A stretch of 64,000 nucleotides of DNA, taken from assembly GCA_025350045.1 (NCBI GenBank), contig JANXYM010000075.1, positions 1,039 to 65,038 of the forward strand, read 5' to 3'. Position numbers and translations under genes: made by a program. Position 1 is the stretch's first letter, and the number at the start of each line of letters is the position of its first letter. Below, in pieces: positions 29,990 to 39,927 of this stretch. The notes below the pieces were generated by a model, which saw only the letters and a program-made list of their open reading frames with translations, did no database searches and was not told the DNA's origin. The DNA comes from Methanomicrobiales archaeon (GTDB lineage: Archaea; Halobacteriota; Methanomicrobia; Methanomicrobiales; Methanospirillaceae).

Positions 29990-30613
29990 TCAGGTAACCC
30001 GGGTCAGGGCACCGTTACCCAGATCGTAATAGAGCCCGTGTACCTCAACCCTCTTCTCATCAACGGCTTTTTTCAGCAGGGGATAGGTATGCAGGTGTTC
30101 GATCTGGAGCCTCACGTTCTCCTGTTCGATAAGCCGGTATCGCTCCTCCTTTTCGAGCACGGTTGTCGGGGGAGCGATCGTTTTGTCCACCCGCACTTTT
30201 GCATCCCGGGCATTGTTTAACCAGAGAGGTATGTACGAATCGGTGCTCTCCTTATCGAGTGCCCGTATTGCACCGCAGTTTGAATGCCCGCAGATGACCA
30301 CATCCTCGACCTTGAGGTGGACAACCGCGTATTCAAGCACCGTGGCAAAATTCCAGTCATGAATGGGCACGATATTGCCGATATTTCTCTGGATAAACAG
30401 TTCACCGGCTCTCGCCTGGGTGATATGCCCCGTCTGAAGTCGTGAGTCAGAACACCCAATCCAGAGCGTTGTCGGGTGCTGGCTGGAGGCCAGCTCGCGG
30501 TAGTAGTCGATATTCGGAGTGAAATCAGATTCCCTGAACTTATAATTTCCCAGCAATAATTTGTCGATCATTTTTGTAGAATTCTCCTTAATGTTCTTGG
30601 CAATCTCCCCCAT
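29990..30613 (-). CDS. Beta-class carbonic anhydrase
   Basis: Zn ligands in 'GCSDSR' and 'GHSNCG', 'RNIGNIV', 'VHGLYYDL'. Confidence 0.95.
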   Translation of the reverse strand: MGEIAKNIKENSTKMIDKLLLGNYKFRESDFTPNIDYYRELASSQHPTTLWIGCSDSRLQTGHITQARAGELFIQRNIGNIVPIHDWNFATVLEYAVVHLKVEDVVICGHSNCGAIRALDKESTDSYIPLWLNNARDAKVRVDKTIAPPTTVLEKEERYRLIEQENVRLQIEHLHTYPLLKKAVDEKRVEVHGLYYDLGNGALTRVT

Positions 30614-30973
30614 TACACACACCTCAGGAGAGTCTGCCGTAGTGTTCAGTCGTACGGGGAATAGTTAAATTTTGTGTTTTTACTCCTGTATGGGTGAAAC
30701 GGGAAAAAAAGGCCGAAATACCTCACCGCTCGTTGTTCATTCAATGAATACACAAGTTGTCATCTCCCGCGCATTGAACGCGATTTCTAATAATTAAAGC
30801 CGGATTTTCCTTAATGACTCGCGTTTTTGTCAAATGGCCGGCATATCTGTTCTTTTTGGGACGAGATATCTGACACTGTTTTAAAAAAACGGCCTTTTCC
30901 CGGGAAACCTACAGATACTTTATGGTGCTGAAGTAGCAACATAAATAAATTGACATCCCCGCGATGATCTAAA

Positions 30974-31676
30974 ATGGACGATTACCCTTATCATATCACT
31001 ACCCGAATAACTGGTTTTGTGGAGGTGCTGTATACCAATCATTTCTTCGTACGCTGAACCCGAACCGTTCAGCGAGGATCAGACGCTTCTTACCCTTTAT
31101 ACCCTTGCCGGGGAGGAGAGCGGAGGTTTTGTCACATTCCGCCCTCATTTTTTTATAGAGATAGGGAAAGCCTTGTTCTCCCAAGGTGCTGTTGCTTCAC
31201 CGGTTCAGGATATCGGTCCTGTGGATGTCCGGGAGCTTACCCCTGCAGAACTCGTCCGTGCCGAACGGGAACTCTGGACTCACTACCACCAGCAGACCGC
31301 TGATCGGGTGAATGATCGGCTCTTTGCTGCCTTTGCGGGCACCAAATTGATCGGTGTGGCACGGTGCTCACGCCATCCGGACGGCCTGGAGGTCGATGCG
31401 GTCTATGTTCTGGATGAGTACCGGCGCCGGGGATTTGCCCGTTCGGTAATGATCCTTCTCGTAGAGGAGTGCGGCAGGCAGGAGACTCTCTATATGCACT
31501 CGAAGACAGAACTGGTAGATTTCTACGGAAGCCTGGGTTTCTACCCCCTGCCGGAGTGCGAACTGCCCAAAACCATCCGGGACCGGTTCGGATTCTGTAT
31601 GGGAAACCTCAAAGGCATTGATGTCTGTCCCATGAAGCGGGATCCCACTGCTCATAACTCGGAACAGAATACTTAA
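30974..31676 (+). CDS. GNAT N-acetyltransferase, apparently frameshifted near 31049
   Basis: C-terminal GNAT 'YVLDEYRRRGFAR', 'LVDFYGSLGF'; a short upstream ORF 30974-31057 joins it if one base is removed. Confidence 0.75.
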
Positions 31677-31794
31677 AAACGGGTGCAGGGCATGAACGAC
31701 CAAACCATAACCCTCGGGAAACTGATGAAAAAATACATAACTCTCCTCTGCGTCTGTGCAGGTCTTCAGATGATCGGGACCCTGGGAGCGAAGA

Positions 31795-33738
31795 ATGATT
31801 GCTGAACTCTTTATTCTTGCACTTCTGGTTCTTCTTGCCGGCACAATATTTCCTCTCATAGCAGCATCGCTGGACCGGAGATCCGTACGGACCATCTCGC
31901 TTTCCTGTACAATCGTTGCATCCATCCTGCTCGGGATTCTCTCTCTGGTGAACCTGCTGTCCGGTGATTCGGTTTCATTCACCCTGTACCAGCCCATCCC
32001 TGCATTCTCTCTTTCCTTTGTTATCGACCGTCTCGCTTCATTTTTCCTGCTCATCATCGCAGTCGTGTCGGCATGTGTTGCCCTCTACTTCACGGAATAT
32101 ATTGAGCACATGGACGGAGAGTCCCGCAGGAACCTGCTCTGCAGCTGCACCAGTCTCTTTATTCTTGCGATGGTGCTCGTTATCGCTTCGGCAAACACGC
32201 TTGCTTTTTTCCTGTTCTGGGAACTGATGGCTGCCAGTTCATTCCTGCTTGTGACCTACGAATATACCCATGATGAGACGAGAAAAGCCGGTACCTTCTA
32301 TTTCATCATGACCCAGCTCTCTTCTCTTTTTGTCCTGCTGGGAATCATCCTTCTCTATACCCAGACCGGATCATTTGCTATCTCCCCTGTGTATGGGGGA
32401 ATGACTTACCTCGCAATACTTGCATTCCTTGCTTTGTTTGCCGGCTTTTCCATCAAGGCAGGCATCATCCCGTTCCACAAGTGGCTGCCCTATGCCCACC
32501 CGGCCAGTCCCACACCAATATCAGCACTCATGTCCGGTGTGATGCTCAAGATCGCGGTTTATGGTCTGGTCCGTTTCCTGCTGGACGTATTCACGCCGGA
32601 TCTCTGGTGGGGGGTGCTGATCCTTGCTGCGGGAACTGCGTCTGCGGTTCTGGGCATCATCTATGCATTAAAAGAGCATGATGTCAAGGGGATGCTTGCC
32701 TATTCGAGTATTGAGAATATCGGTATCATTTTTACGGGGATAGGTCTATCAGTGATCTTTACTGCCAGTAATCTTCCCGGGCTCGCTACCCTCAGCCTGC
32801 TCGGGGCACTCTTCCATTCCCTGAATCATGCGATGTTCAAGAGCCTGCTCTTCCTCACGGCAGGTTCCGTTGTGTCTGCTACCCATACCCGGGATATCGA
32901 ACATATGGGAGGACTAGCCCACCGGATGCCGGTCACTTCCGCGCTCTTCTTTGTCGGCGCAGTATCGATAGCCGCATTGCCCCCCTTAAACGGGTTTGCC
33001 AGCGAGCTTTTAATCTTCATGTCGTTCTTCTCATCCGTTGCTTTGGTGGATCCGCTGTTCAAAGTGCTCCTCTTCATCTGCCTTGCCCTGTTTGCCCTTA
33101 CCAGTGCGCTCTCTTCAGCCTGCTTTGTCAAGGCGTTCGGTTCGATCTTCCTTGCCCTCCCGCGTTCTCCGGAGAGCGCCGTTGCCGAGGAAGTTCCCCG
33201 TGCAATGCTTATCGGCCCGGGTATCCTTGCGGCTGCCTGCATTCTCCTGGGTGTATGCGCACTCCAGATCTTTGCATTCGTGGGTTTTGCCGTTCCCCTG
33301 CCGGATATGCTGCTGATCAGCCTGTTGCTGGTCAGCATGGCCGTTCTCACCTATGCAGTGCTGTATTTCACCGCTTCCCGCGAAGTTCGGGTGAGCGAAA
33401 CCTGGGGATGCGGGACACTCTCCCAGCAGGCATCGGCAGAATACAGTGGTCACGGGTTCTCAGAGCCTCTTGACATCATCTTCTCTGCGATCTACCGAAC
33501 CCGGACAACCAGTGAACGGACGTTCCATGACCAGAAGAACTGCATCTTCAAGGAAGGTACGGGAGAGATACGCCTCCTCAAGGTATTTGAGGAATATCTC
33601 TACCGTCCCATTGCGCAGCAGTCCATGAGTATAACAAAATCGGTATCGCGCTTCCAGAACGGGTGCCTTGATACCTACCTTCTCTATGTCTTTGTCACGA
33701 TCATTGCCCTGATCATCTTCCTCGGGTGGTTTGCATGA
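31795..33738 (+). CDS. hyfB: Ehr/Hyf antiporter-like membrane subunit (HyfB/NuoL-type)
   Basis: 'FLFWELM', 'KAGIIPFHKWLP', 'LAYSSIENIG', 'LPPLNGF', long C-terminal extension. Confidence 0.9.
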   Translation: MIAELFILALLVLLAGTIFPLIAASLDRRSVRTISLSCTIVASILLGILSLVNLLSGDSVSFTLYQPIPAFSLSFVIDRLASFFLLIIAVVSACVALYFTEYIEHMDGESRRNLLCSCTSLFILAMVLVIASANTLAFFLFWELMAASSFLLVTYEYTHDETRKAGTFYFIMTQLSSLFVLLGIILLYTQTGSFAISPVYGGMTYLAILAFLALFAGFSIKAGIIPFHKWLPYAHPASPTPISALMSGVMLKIAVYGLVRFLLDVFTPDLWWGVLILAAGTASAVLGIIYALKEHDVKGMLAYSSIENIGIIFTGIGLSVIFTASNLPGLATLSLLGALFHSLNHAMFKSLLFLTAGSVVSATHTRDIEHMGGLAHRMPVTSALFFVGAVSIAALPPLNGFASELLIFMSFFSSVALVDPLFKVLLFICLALFALTSALSSACFVKAFGSIFLALPRSPESAVAEEVPRAMLIGPGILAAACILLGVCALQIFAFVGFAVPLPDMLLISLLLVSMAVLTYAVLYFTASREVRVSETWGCGTLSQQASAEYSGHGFSEPLDIIFSAIYRTRTTSERTFHDQKNCIFKEGTGEIRLLKVFEEYLYRPIAQQSMSITKSVSRFQNGCLDTYLLYVFVTIIALIIFLGWFA

Positions 33739-34676
33739 ACACAGATTTTGTCCTGTACCTTGCGATCAATACGCTCGTTGTCATTGCAGTCTCGCCCCTG
33801 TTTGTCAGCCTGATAAAAAAAGTCAAAGCCTGGACCCAGGGACGGCAGGGCCCCTCCGTTTTCCAGACCTACTTTACCCTGATAAAATTGTTGAAAAAAG
33901 AGGTCATATATTCCCCAAACTCCTCGCGTATCATGCGGGTTACCCCCTTAGTCACGATGGCAGCAATCCTTGTTGCCGCTCTCTTTGTCCCGCTGGTCTT
34001 TGTGCCTGAACCCGTCGGGGGTATGGGGAACATCATCCTCTTTATGTCCCTGCTTGCACTGGCACGGTTCTTTATGGCGCTTGCCGGCCTTGATGCCGGC
34101 AGTTCCTTTGGGGGTATGGGCAGTTCGCGGGAGATGAGCATCTCATCGATCATCGAACCCACGACCATTGTTGTCTTTGCTGCACTTGCGTTCGTCTTTA
34201 AGACCCTCAATATCTTTGACATGTTTGCCATCTCCGTATCCACCGGCTCCCCTTCCCTTTCAACCCTGATCCTGATCGGCATCTCGCTGTTCATCATCAT
34301 CATTGTGGAGACCTCGCGGATACCGGTTGATAACCCCGAGACGCATCTGGAACTGACCATGATTCACGAGGGAATGATTCTCGAACAATCCGGCAGGAAC
34401 TTAGCCCTCATGGAACTCTCGGCTGCCGTGAAGATGACCGCACTTATGGCACTCCTCCTCAACCTGATCGTCCCCTTCGGTATTACGACTTCCTTAACCC
34501 TGGCAGGGATTCTCATAGCGCTGATTTTATTGGTGGTAAAATGCTCGATCCTTACCGGGATTATCGGGATCTTTGAGTCATCCATGGCAAAGAAACGGTT
34601 CTTTCAGCTTCCCAGTCTCTTTGCCATGGCGTTCTTCTTCTCAACCCTGATAATCATCATTGAGGTGTTCTCATGA
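33735..34676 (+). CDS. hyfC: Ehr/Hyf membrane subunit (HyfC/NuoH-type)
   Basis: 'GRQGP', 'GGMGSSRE', 'PVDNPETHLELTMIHE'; ATGA overlap with hyfB. Confidence 0.9.
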   Translation: MNTDFVLYLAINTLVVIAVSPLFVSLIKKVKAWTQGRQGPSVFQTYFTLIKLLKKEVIYSPNSSRIMRVTPLVTMAAILVAALFVPLVFVPEPVGGMGNIILFMSLLALARFFMALAGLDAGSSFGGMGSSREMSISSIIEPTTIVVFAALAFVFKTLNIFDMFAISVSTGSPSLSTLILIGISLFIIIIVETSRIPVDNPETHLELTMIHEGMILEQSGRNLALMELSAAVKMTALMALLLNLIVPFGITTSLTLAGILIALILLVVKCSILTGIIGIFESSMAKKRFFQLPSLFAMAFFFSTLIIIIEVFS

Positions 34677-35365
34677 TCGACACCGCAATCGTTGTGGGGA
34701 TCGTCAGGATCCTTTTCGTCTGTATCATCATTACTGCTGCCTACATCATCTCCACGCGCAACCTGCTATCCGTGGTGTCCGTCTATGCCCTCCAGAGTCT
34801 CACCCTTGTCTGCATTGCCCTTGCCCTCTGGTCGCTTGAGGGCTCCATCGTTCTTCTGGAAATTGCCGTGGTCACATTCATCAGCAAGGTCCTCATCATC
34901 CCGTACTTCATCGCAACCATACAGGAAAAGATCAGGATCAAGCGGGATATCGAGTTTCATTATCTGAACCCCACCACATCGCTGCTCATCTCCATGGCAC
35001 TCATGCTGCTCATCTACATGGCGCTCGCAAGAATCATGGAGGGAACGCCGGCACGGGAGAGCCTCTTCTTCTTTGGTGCCGTGCTGGGGATCTCCCTCAT
35101 GCTGATGGGAATGATGGTGACGTTCAGCCGGAAGCGGGCGATCACCAAAGTACTGGGTTTCCTCTCCATGGAGAACGGGGTGCTCCTCTTTGGTATGTTT
35201 GTCACTGAGCTCCCGTTCATCATCGAGTTCCTGATCATCATCGATCTTATCATCCTCGTTATCCTGACCGCCATATTATCGGTTGGCATTGACTCGACCC
35301 TCGAGGATTACCACAAGCGTCTCCACCGCTTCCATCTCCTGGAAGAATCCGAGGAGGTTCCATGA
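34673..35365 (+). CDS. hyfE: Ehr/Hyf membrane subunit (HyfE)
   Basis: Seven hydrophobic segments, 'GFLSMENG'. Confidence 0.85.
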   Translation: MIDTAIVVGIVRILFVCIIITAAYIISTRNLLSVVSVYALQSLTLVCIALALWSLEGSIVLLEIAVVTFISKVLIIPYFIATIQEKIRIKRDIEFHYLNPTTSLLISMALMLLIYMALARIMEGTPARESLFFFGAVLGISLMLMGMMVTFSRKRAITKVLGFLSMENGVLLFGMFVTELPFIIEFLIIIDLIILVILTAILSVGIDSTLEDYHKRLHRFHLLEESEEVP

Positions 35366-36843
35366 TCCTGATTGCATTTGTGCTGGTATCCGTTGTCTCG
35401 CTCTTCATCATCGCGGCCGCCCGGAACCACCGGCAGATGAATACGGTCTGTGTCGCGCAGGCCCTGATCTTTGCTATCCTTGCTGCATGGATCGCTTTGT
35501 TCGAGCAGGTACCGGTTGTTTCGTTTCTGGTCGGCAGCCAGTACTTCTTTATCGATCATCTGGGCCTTTTTGAGGTCCTCATCGCTACGGTAATTTTTGC
35601 CTGTGCAGCCGTCTATGCCCGCGGGTATGTTGAAGGGCTCCTCGAGAGCGGGGAACTGGAGAAAGGCAGCCTCAGGCTCTTCTATGCGGCCTGGGCCCTG
35701 CTCCTTCTGGTCATCGTTCTTGCGTTTTTCTCGGACAATCTTGCCCTCTTCTGGATCTTTGCCGAGCTGACCACCATCATATCTGCCATGCTCATCGCCA
35801 TCCTGGCCGCACGGGAGAACATCGATGCAGCAATCAAGTATATTTTCATAGCCTCTATCTCCATGCTCTTTGCGTTTGTCGGGTTCATCTTCCTCTTCGA
35901 AGTATCACGGGTCCATCTTGGTACAGGCACCCTGAACTGGACGGTGCTCATGCAGCATGCCGCTGCATTTTCCCCGGGCATGGTGATCGCTTCATTTGTG
36001 CTTGTGTTTGTTGGTTTTGCTGCAAAGTCCGGGATCTTTCCGTTTCACACCTGGCTGCCGGAAGCCCATGCAAAAGCGCCCTCAGCAGTGAGTGCCATCC
36101 TTTCTGGTGTCCTGCTGAACTTGGGGATCTACGGGATCATCCGTATGTATGCAATTGTGCACCAGACAACCGCCATTGCAACCATTGCACCGATGCTTAC
36201 TGTGTTTGGGATCCTCACTATTGGCATTGCCGCCCTCTCCATGCTCCCCCAGAAAAACCTAAAAAAACTGGTGGCATTTTCCAGTGTGGAGAATATGGGG
36301 ATTATGCTGGTCGGGCTTGCCATCTCCACTCCCGTTGCCCTGTTCTGGGTGCTCTTCCATATCATGGCGCATGCATTCACCAAGGCATCACTTTTCTTCT
36401 CATCGGGAATCCTGCACCGGCAGTACCGGAGCCGGTTCTCAAGCGATGCTGCAGATGAGATTAAGGATGTATTCCGGCTCCAGCCACTGGCTGCATGGGG
36501 AATTATTCTTGGCGGGCTTGCGATCATCGGTATGCCCCCGTTTCCTCTCTTCTTCTCAGAATTCTTCATCATGCTCCAGCTGGGTGCAGTCTCCTTATGG
36601 GTGCTTGCAGTGATGCTCGTCCTGCTGTTCATTGCTGCTGTGGCCCTGGGATACTTTGTACTGACGACGTTTACGCAGGTGTCTGCACCTGATACCCCTT
36701 CAGATATTGAACCGTACCGGACTCCTGCCAGCATGAAGGCCCCCATCATCTTTTTGCTGGTGGTTCTCCTCGTTGTCGGGCTTGTTCTTCCCGCGTGGGG
36801 CATGGCGTTTCTCAACCAGATTGTAACGGAGCTGAAATTCTAA
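35362..36843 (+). CDS. hyfF: Ehr/Hyf antiporter-like membrane subunit (HyfF/NuoM-N-type)
   Basis: 'FAELTT', 'KSGIFPFHTWLPEAHAKAP', 'AFSSVENMG'. Confidence 0.9.
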   Translation: MILIAFVLVSVVSLFIIAAARNHRQMNTVCVAQALIFAILAAWIALFEQVPVVSFLVGSQYFFIDHLGLFEVLIATVIFACAAVYARGYVEGLLESGELEKGSLRLFYAAWALLLLVIVLAFFSDNLALFWIFAELTTIISAMLIAILAARENIDAAIKYIFIASISMLFAFVGFIFLFEVSRVHLGTGTLNWTVLMQHAAAFSPGMVIASFVLVFVGFAAKSGIFPFHTWLPEAHAKAPSAVSAILSGVLLNLGIYGIIRMYAIVHQTTAIATIAPMLTVFGILTIGIAALSMLPQKNLKKLVAFSSVENMGIMLVGLAISTPVALFWVLFHIMAHAFTKASLFFSSGILHRQYRSRFSSDAADEIKDVFRLQPLAAWGIILGGLAIIGMPPFPLFFSEFFIMLQLGAVSLWVLAVMLVLLFIAAVALGYFVLTTFTQVSAPDTPSDIEPYRTPASMKAPIIFLLVVLLVVGLVLPAWGMAFLNQIVTELKF

Positions 36844-38424
36844 ATGACTGCTGCAGATGATATCGGGATCCGGGCGGTACAGGAGTTCCTTGGCAAGGAT
36901 GCCCTGCCTGACCGGATCAGATGCGGATCCAACAATGAGCAGTACGTGCTCATCGAAGAGCCGGAGTTCGGGACGGCGGTATCGCACCTGGCGGCAAACA
37001 AGTTTGTCCTGATAAGCCTCTTCTGCTGCGAAGACTTCTCAGCAAAAGCTGCGCAAACGCTCTTTTACGTGTTCGAACGGAGGACCAGCATTCTGGTTCT
37101 TGTCAGGGATATCAACGGCCGGGCAACCACAATAGCCGGTATCTATCCCTCCGCATCATGGTTTGAACGAGAATGCCGTGACGGTTTTGGCATTGAGTTT
37201 GAGGGAGCTTTCGATACCCGGCGACTCTTCCTGCATGAGACCTACCCCGAAGGTTTCCACCCGCTCAAAAAATCGTTCCGGAATGCACCGATCGTAACCC
37301 GGGATGCCGTGAATCCTGCTGACGAATACCCGTTCCGGGAAGTGAAAGGGGAAGGGGTGTACCAGATTCCGGTTGGGCCGGTACATGCAGGGATCATCGA
37401 GCCCGGTCATTTCCGGTTCAGCGTGATCGGGGAGACGATCTTCAATCTCGAATGCCGGATGTTTTACAAGCACCGGGGCATCGAGAAGCTTGCCGAGGGC
37501 AAATCACCGGAGGACTGCATTGGTATTTCCCAGGAGGTGAGCGGTGATGAGTCAGTGGCAAATGCAACTGCGTTCTGCATGGCTGTCGAGCAAATCTCTC
37601 ATATGCCGGTTCCCGAACGGGCATGGTACCTGCGGACGATCCTCCTTGAGCTGGAACGCGTCTGTTCACACCTTGGCGATCAGGCGGGGATGCTTGTTGA
37701 TGTCGCGTTTCCCTTAGGTGCCAGCCAGTTTTCGGTGTTGCGCGAGGAATGTTTCCGTGAGAATGATCGGCTGACGGGATCGAGATTTCTGCGCGGGATG
37801 GTCTCTTTGGGCGGGATGAACCGTGACCTCTCCCGGGCACAGCTCGATGAGCTTGATGCTTTTGTTCACCAGCTGCGGAACCGGTACAAGATTGGGCTGA
37901 AGATTGTGCTTTCCACCGCATCTGTCATCGATCGATTCGCTACTACCGGTGTAATCCGCCCGGCACTGCTGCGCCCGCTCAACATTACCGGGCCCTCTGC
38001 ACGGGCATCGGGAGGGAAGGTCGATGTCCGTATCAATCACCCGTATGGCATCTACGATCGGTTCGCTCCCCATCTGCAGCGGCTCCGGGATGGGGATGTG
38101 CTCTCACGGTTTACGATCAAAGCCTCGGAGATCATGGACTCGCTCGATCTGATCGAACGGTTGATCGCGGCAATTCCCGAAGGAGAAATAAGGGTCGGTG
38201 CTCCGATCTGTGATGGGTACACACTTACCCTGGTTGAATCCGCCCGAGGCCAGAATCTCTGCTGGGTGTGGATCCGGGCCGGCGTCATTGAACGGTACAA
38301 GGTCAGGACCGCATCGTTTGGTAACTGGCTGGCAATCGAACACGCAGTCCAGGGAAACATTGTCCCGGATTTCCCGGTGATCAACAAGAGCATGAATCTT
38401 TCGTATGCGGGGACGGACCTGTGA
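36844..38424 (+). CDS. Ehr large subunit (HyfG/HycE-like NuoC+D fold, no NiFe ligands)
   Basis: 'GPVHAGIIEPGHFRF', 'HRGIEK'; L1 site reads 'EVSGDES' and L2 site 'DFPVINKSMNLSYAGTDL'. Confidence 0.9.
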   Translation: MTAADDIGIRAVQEFLGKDALPDRIRCGSNNEQYVLIEEPEFGTAVSHLAANKFVLISLFCCEDFSAKAAQTLFYVFERRTSILVLVRDINGRATTIAGIYPSASWFERECRDGFGIEFEGAFDTRRLFLHETYPEGFHPLKKSFRNAPIVTRDAVNPADEYPFREVKGEGVYQIPVGPVHAGIIEPGHFRFSVIGETIFNLECRMFYKHRGIEKLAEGKSPEDCIGISQEVSGDESVANATAFCMAVEQISHMPVPERAWYLRTILLELERVCSHLGDQAGMLVDVAFPLGASQFSVLREECFRENDRLTGSRFLRGMVSLGGMNRDLSRAQLDELDAFVHQLRNRYKIGLKIVLSTASVIDRFATTGVIRPALLRPLNITGPSARASGGKVDVRINHPYGIYDRFAPHLQRLRDGDVLSRFTIKASEIMDSLDLIERLIAAIPEGEIRVGAPICDGYTLTLVESARGQNLCWVWIRAGVIERYKVRTASFGNWLAIEHAVQGNIVPDFPVINKSMNLSYAGTDL

Positions 38425-38436
38425 GGTGAGAAGAGC

Positions 38437-38946
38437 ATGGTGAACGCATTAACCTGCCTGCTGAAAAAGAAAGTGACCGAAGATATCCCGGTGCAGGATG
38501 ACGAAGTAGAGGCTATCGGTCGCGAGATCAAAACTGCGATAGATGGAGTATTCAGCCGGAGCCTTGCGATCCGCGAACTGGATACCGGCAGCGATAATAC
38601 CACAGAGATCGAGATCAACAATCTCAACAACCCATTTTATGATGTGGAACGTTTTGGCATCACCTTTGTCGCTTCACCCCGCCATGCAGACGTCCTGCTG
38701 GTGACCGGTGCAGTGACGCACAACATGGCAATCGCCGCAAGAAAGACGTACGATGCAATGCCCTCTCCGAAATTTGTCGTGGCCGTTGGGGATGATGCCT
38801 GTACTGGCGGGATTTTTGCGGGAACGTATGCGGTGCTTGGTGGAGCGGACAAGATCTTCCCGGTTGACCTGAAGATACCCGGCAATCCCCCGACACCAGT
38901 GCAGATTCTTGCCGGGTTACTGGTATTGATGAAAAAGGTCCAATAA
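38437..38946 (+). CDS. Ehr small subunit (HyfI/NuoB-like) lacking Fe-S cysteines
   Basis: 'RELDTGS', 'FVASPRHADVLLVTG', 'PKFVVAVG', 'IPGNPP'. Confidence 0.88.
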   Translation: MVNALTCLLKKKVTEDIPVQDDEVEAIGREIKTAIDGVFSRSLAIRELDTGSDNTTEIEINNLNNPFYDVERFGITFVASPRHADVLLVTGAVTHNMAIAARKTYDAMPSPKFVVAVGDDACTGGIFAGTYAVLGGADKIFPVDLKIPGNPPTPVQILAGLLVLMKKVQ

Positions 38947-39032
38947 AAGGCCTTGACTCAACATCCCCCTCATTCTCCTTCCCGGTCGATACGGGGACAA
39001 TATATATCCCCGGGGGATAACCGGATACTCGT

Positions 39033-39812
39033 ATGAGGCCGGTACGCAAATGGGGACCAGGACCCTATCCGGTTGCGGTGATTCATGGTGGCCCGGGTGC
39101 TCCGGGTGAAATGGCACACGTGGCAAGGGAGCTTTCGGCAGTAAAATGTGTGCTTGAACCCTTCCAGACCGAGATGACGCTTGAAGGGCAGATACAGGAG
39201 CTTCGATCGGTACTGTCAGAGCATGGCAGGGTGCCTTTAACCCTCATCGGGTTTTCCTGGGGATCATTTCTCTCATGGATGGTTGCTGCCCGGTATCCCG
39301 CGCTTGTCAGTAAGCTGATCCTTGTCAGTAGTGCCCCGTTTGAAGAGCGATATGCAACTGCTATTACCAAAACCCGTCTTGACCGGCTCAAACCTAAGGA
39401 ACATGCTGAAGCGCAGGTGCTGCTTGAACAGATTGATGATCCTTCGACTCCTGATAAGAATGCCCTGCTCGGAAAGTTGGGGTGCCTTCTTGCGCTTGCG
39501 GATTCGTTCGACCCGATCAGCCTTGAAAATGAGGCATTCCACTGCCAGTACGATATTTTCAAGGGTGTCTGGGACGAAGCAGCAGAACTGCGGCGGAGCC
39601 AGGTTCTCATTCGTATGGCGCATTCGATCCGGTGCCCGGTGGTAGCGATTCATGGGGACTGGGATCCCCACCCGGCTGAAGGAGTGAATGACCCGCTCAC
39701 CCGGGAACTTTCTGACTTTACTTTCATACTCCTCAAGAAGTGTGGTCACCGTCCGTGGATAGAGCGGAATGCGTCTGAAGATTTTTTTAATATTCTGGTC
39801 AAAGAGATTTGA
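39033..39812 (+). CDS. Alpha/beta hydrolase
   Basis: 'IHGGPG', nucleophile 'GFSWG', 'CGHRPW'. Confidence 0.88.
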   Translation: MRPVRKWGPGPYPVAVIHGGPGAPGEMAHVARELSAVKCVLEPFQTEMTLEGQIQELRSVLSEHGRVPLTLIGFSWGSFLSWMVAARYPALVSKLILVSSAPFEERYATAITKTRLDRLKPKEHAEAQVLLEQIDDPSTPDKNALLGKLGCLLALADSFDPISLENEAFHCQYDIFKGVWDEAAELRRSQVLIRMAHSIRCPVVAIHGDWDPHPAEGVNDPLTRELSDFTFILLKKCGHRPWIERNASEDFFNILVKEI

Positions 39813-39927
39813 TAGGATTATCGCACTTCCCAAAATTTTCCTTTTTTATCGAAGATCAAAAACCTTACAACGTGACAATGTCAAACGTAACTAACGATCA
39901 GGATACATAACAGGGTTGCAGAGGTAT

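Noticed and set aside
30736-30748. Palindrome TTCATT-C-AATGAA between carbonic anhydrase and GNAT
   Set aside because: A single 6-bp arm pair in AT-rich DNA is expected by chance, and no second copy was seen.
36844-38946. Group 4 [NiFe] hydrogenase (Hyf/Ech) or formate hydrogenlyase
   Set aside because: Both NiFe CxxC motifs are missing, and there are no Fe-S ferredoxin, maturation or fdh genes nearby.
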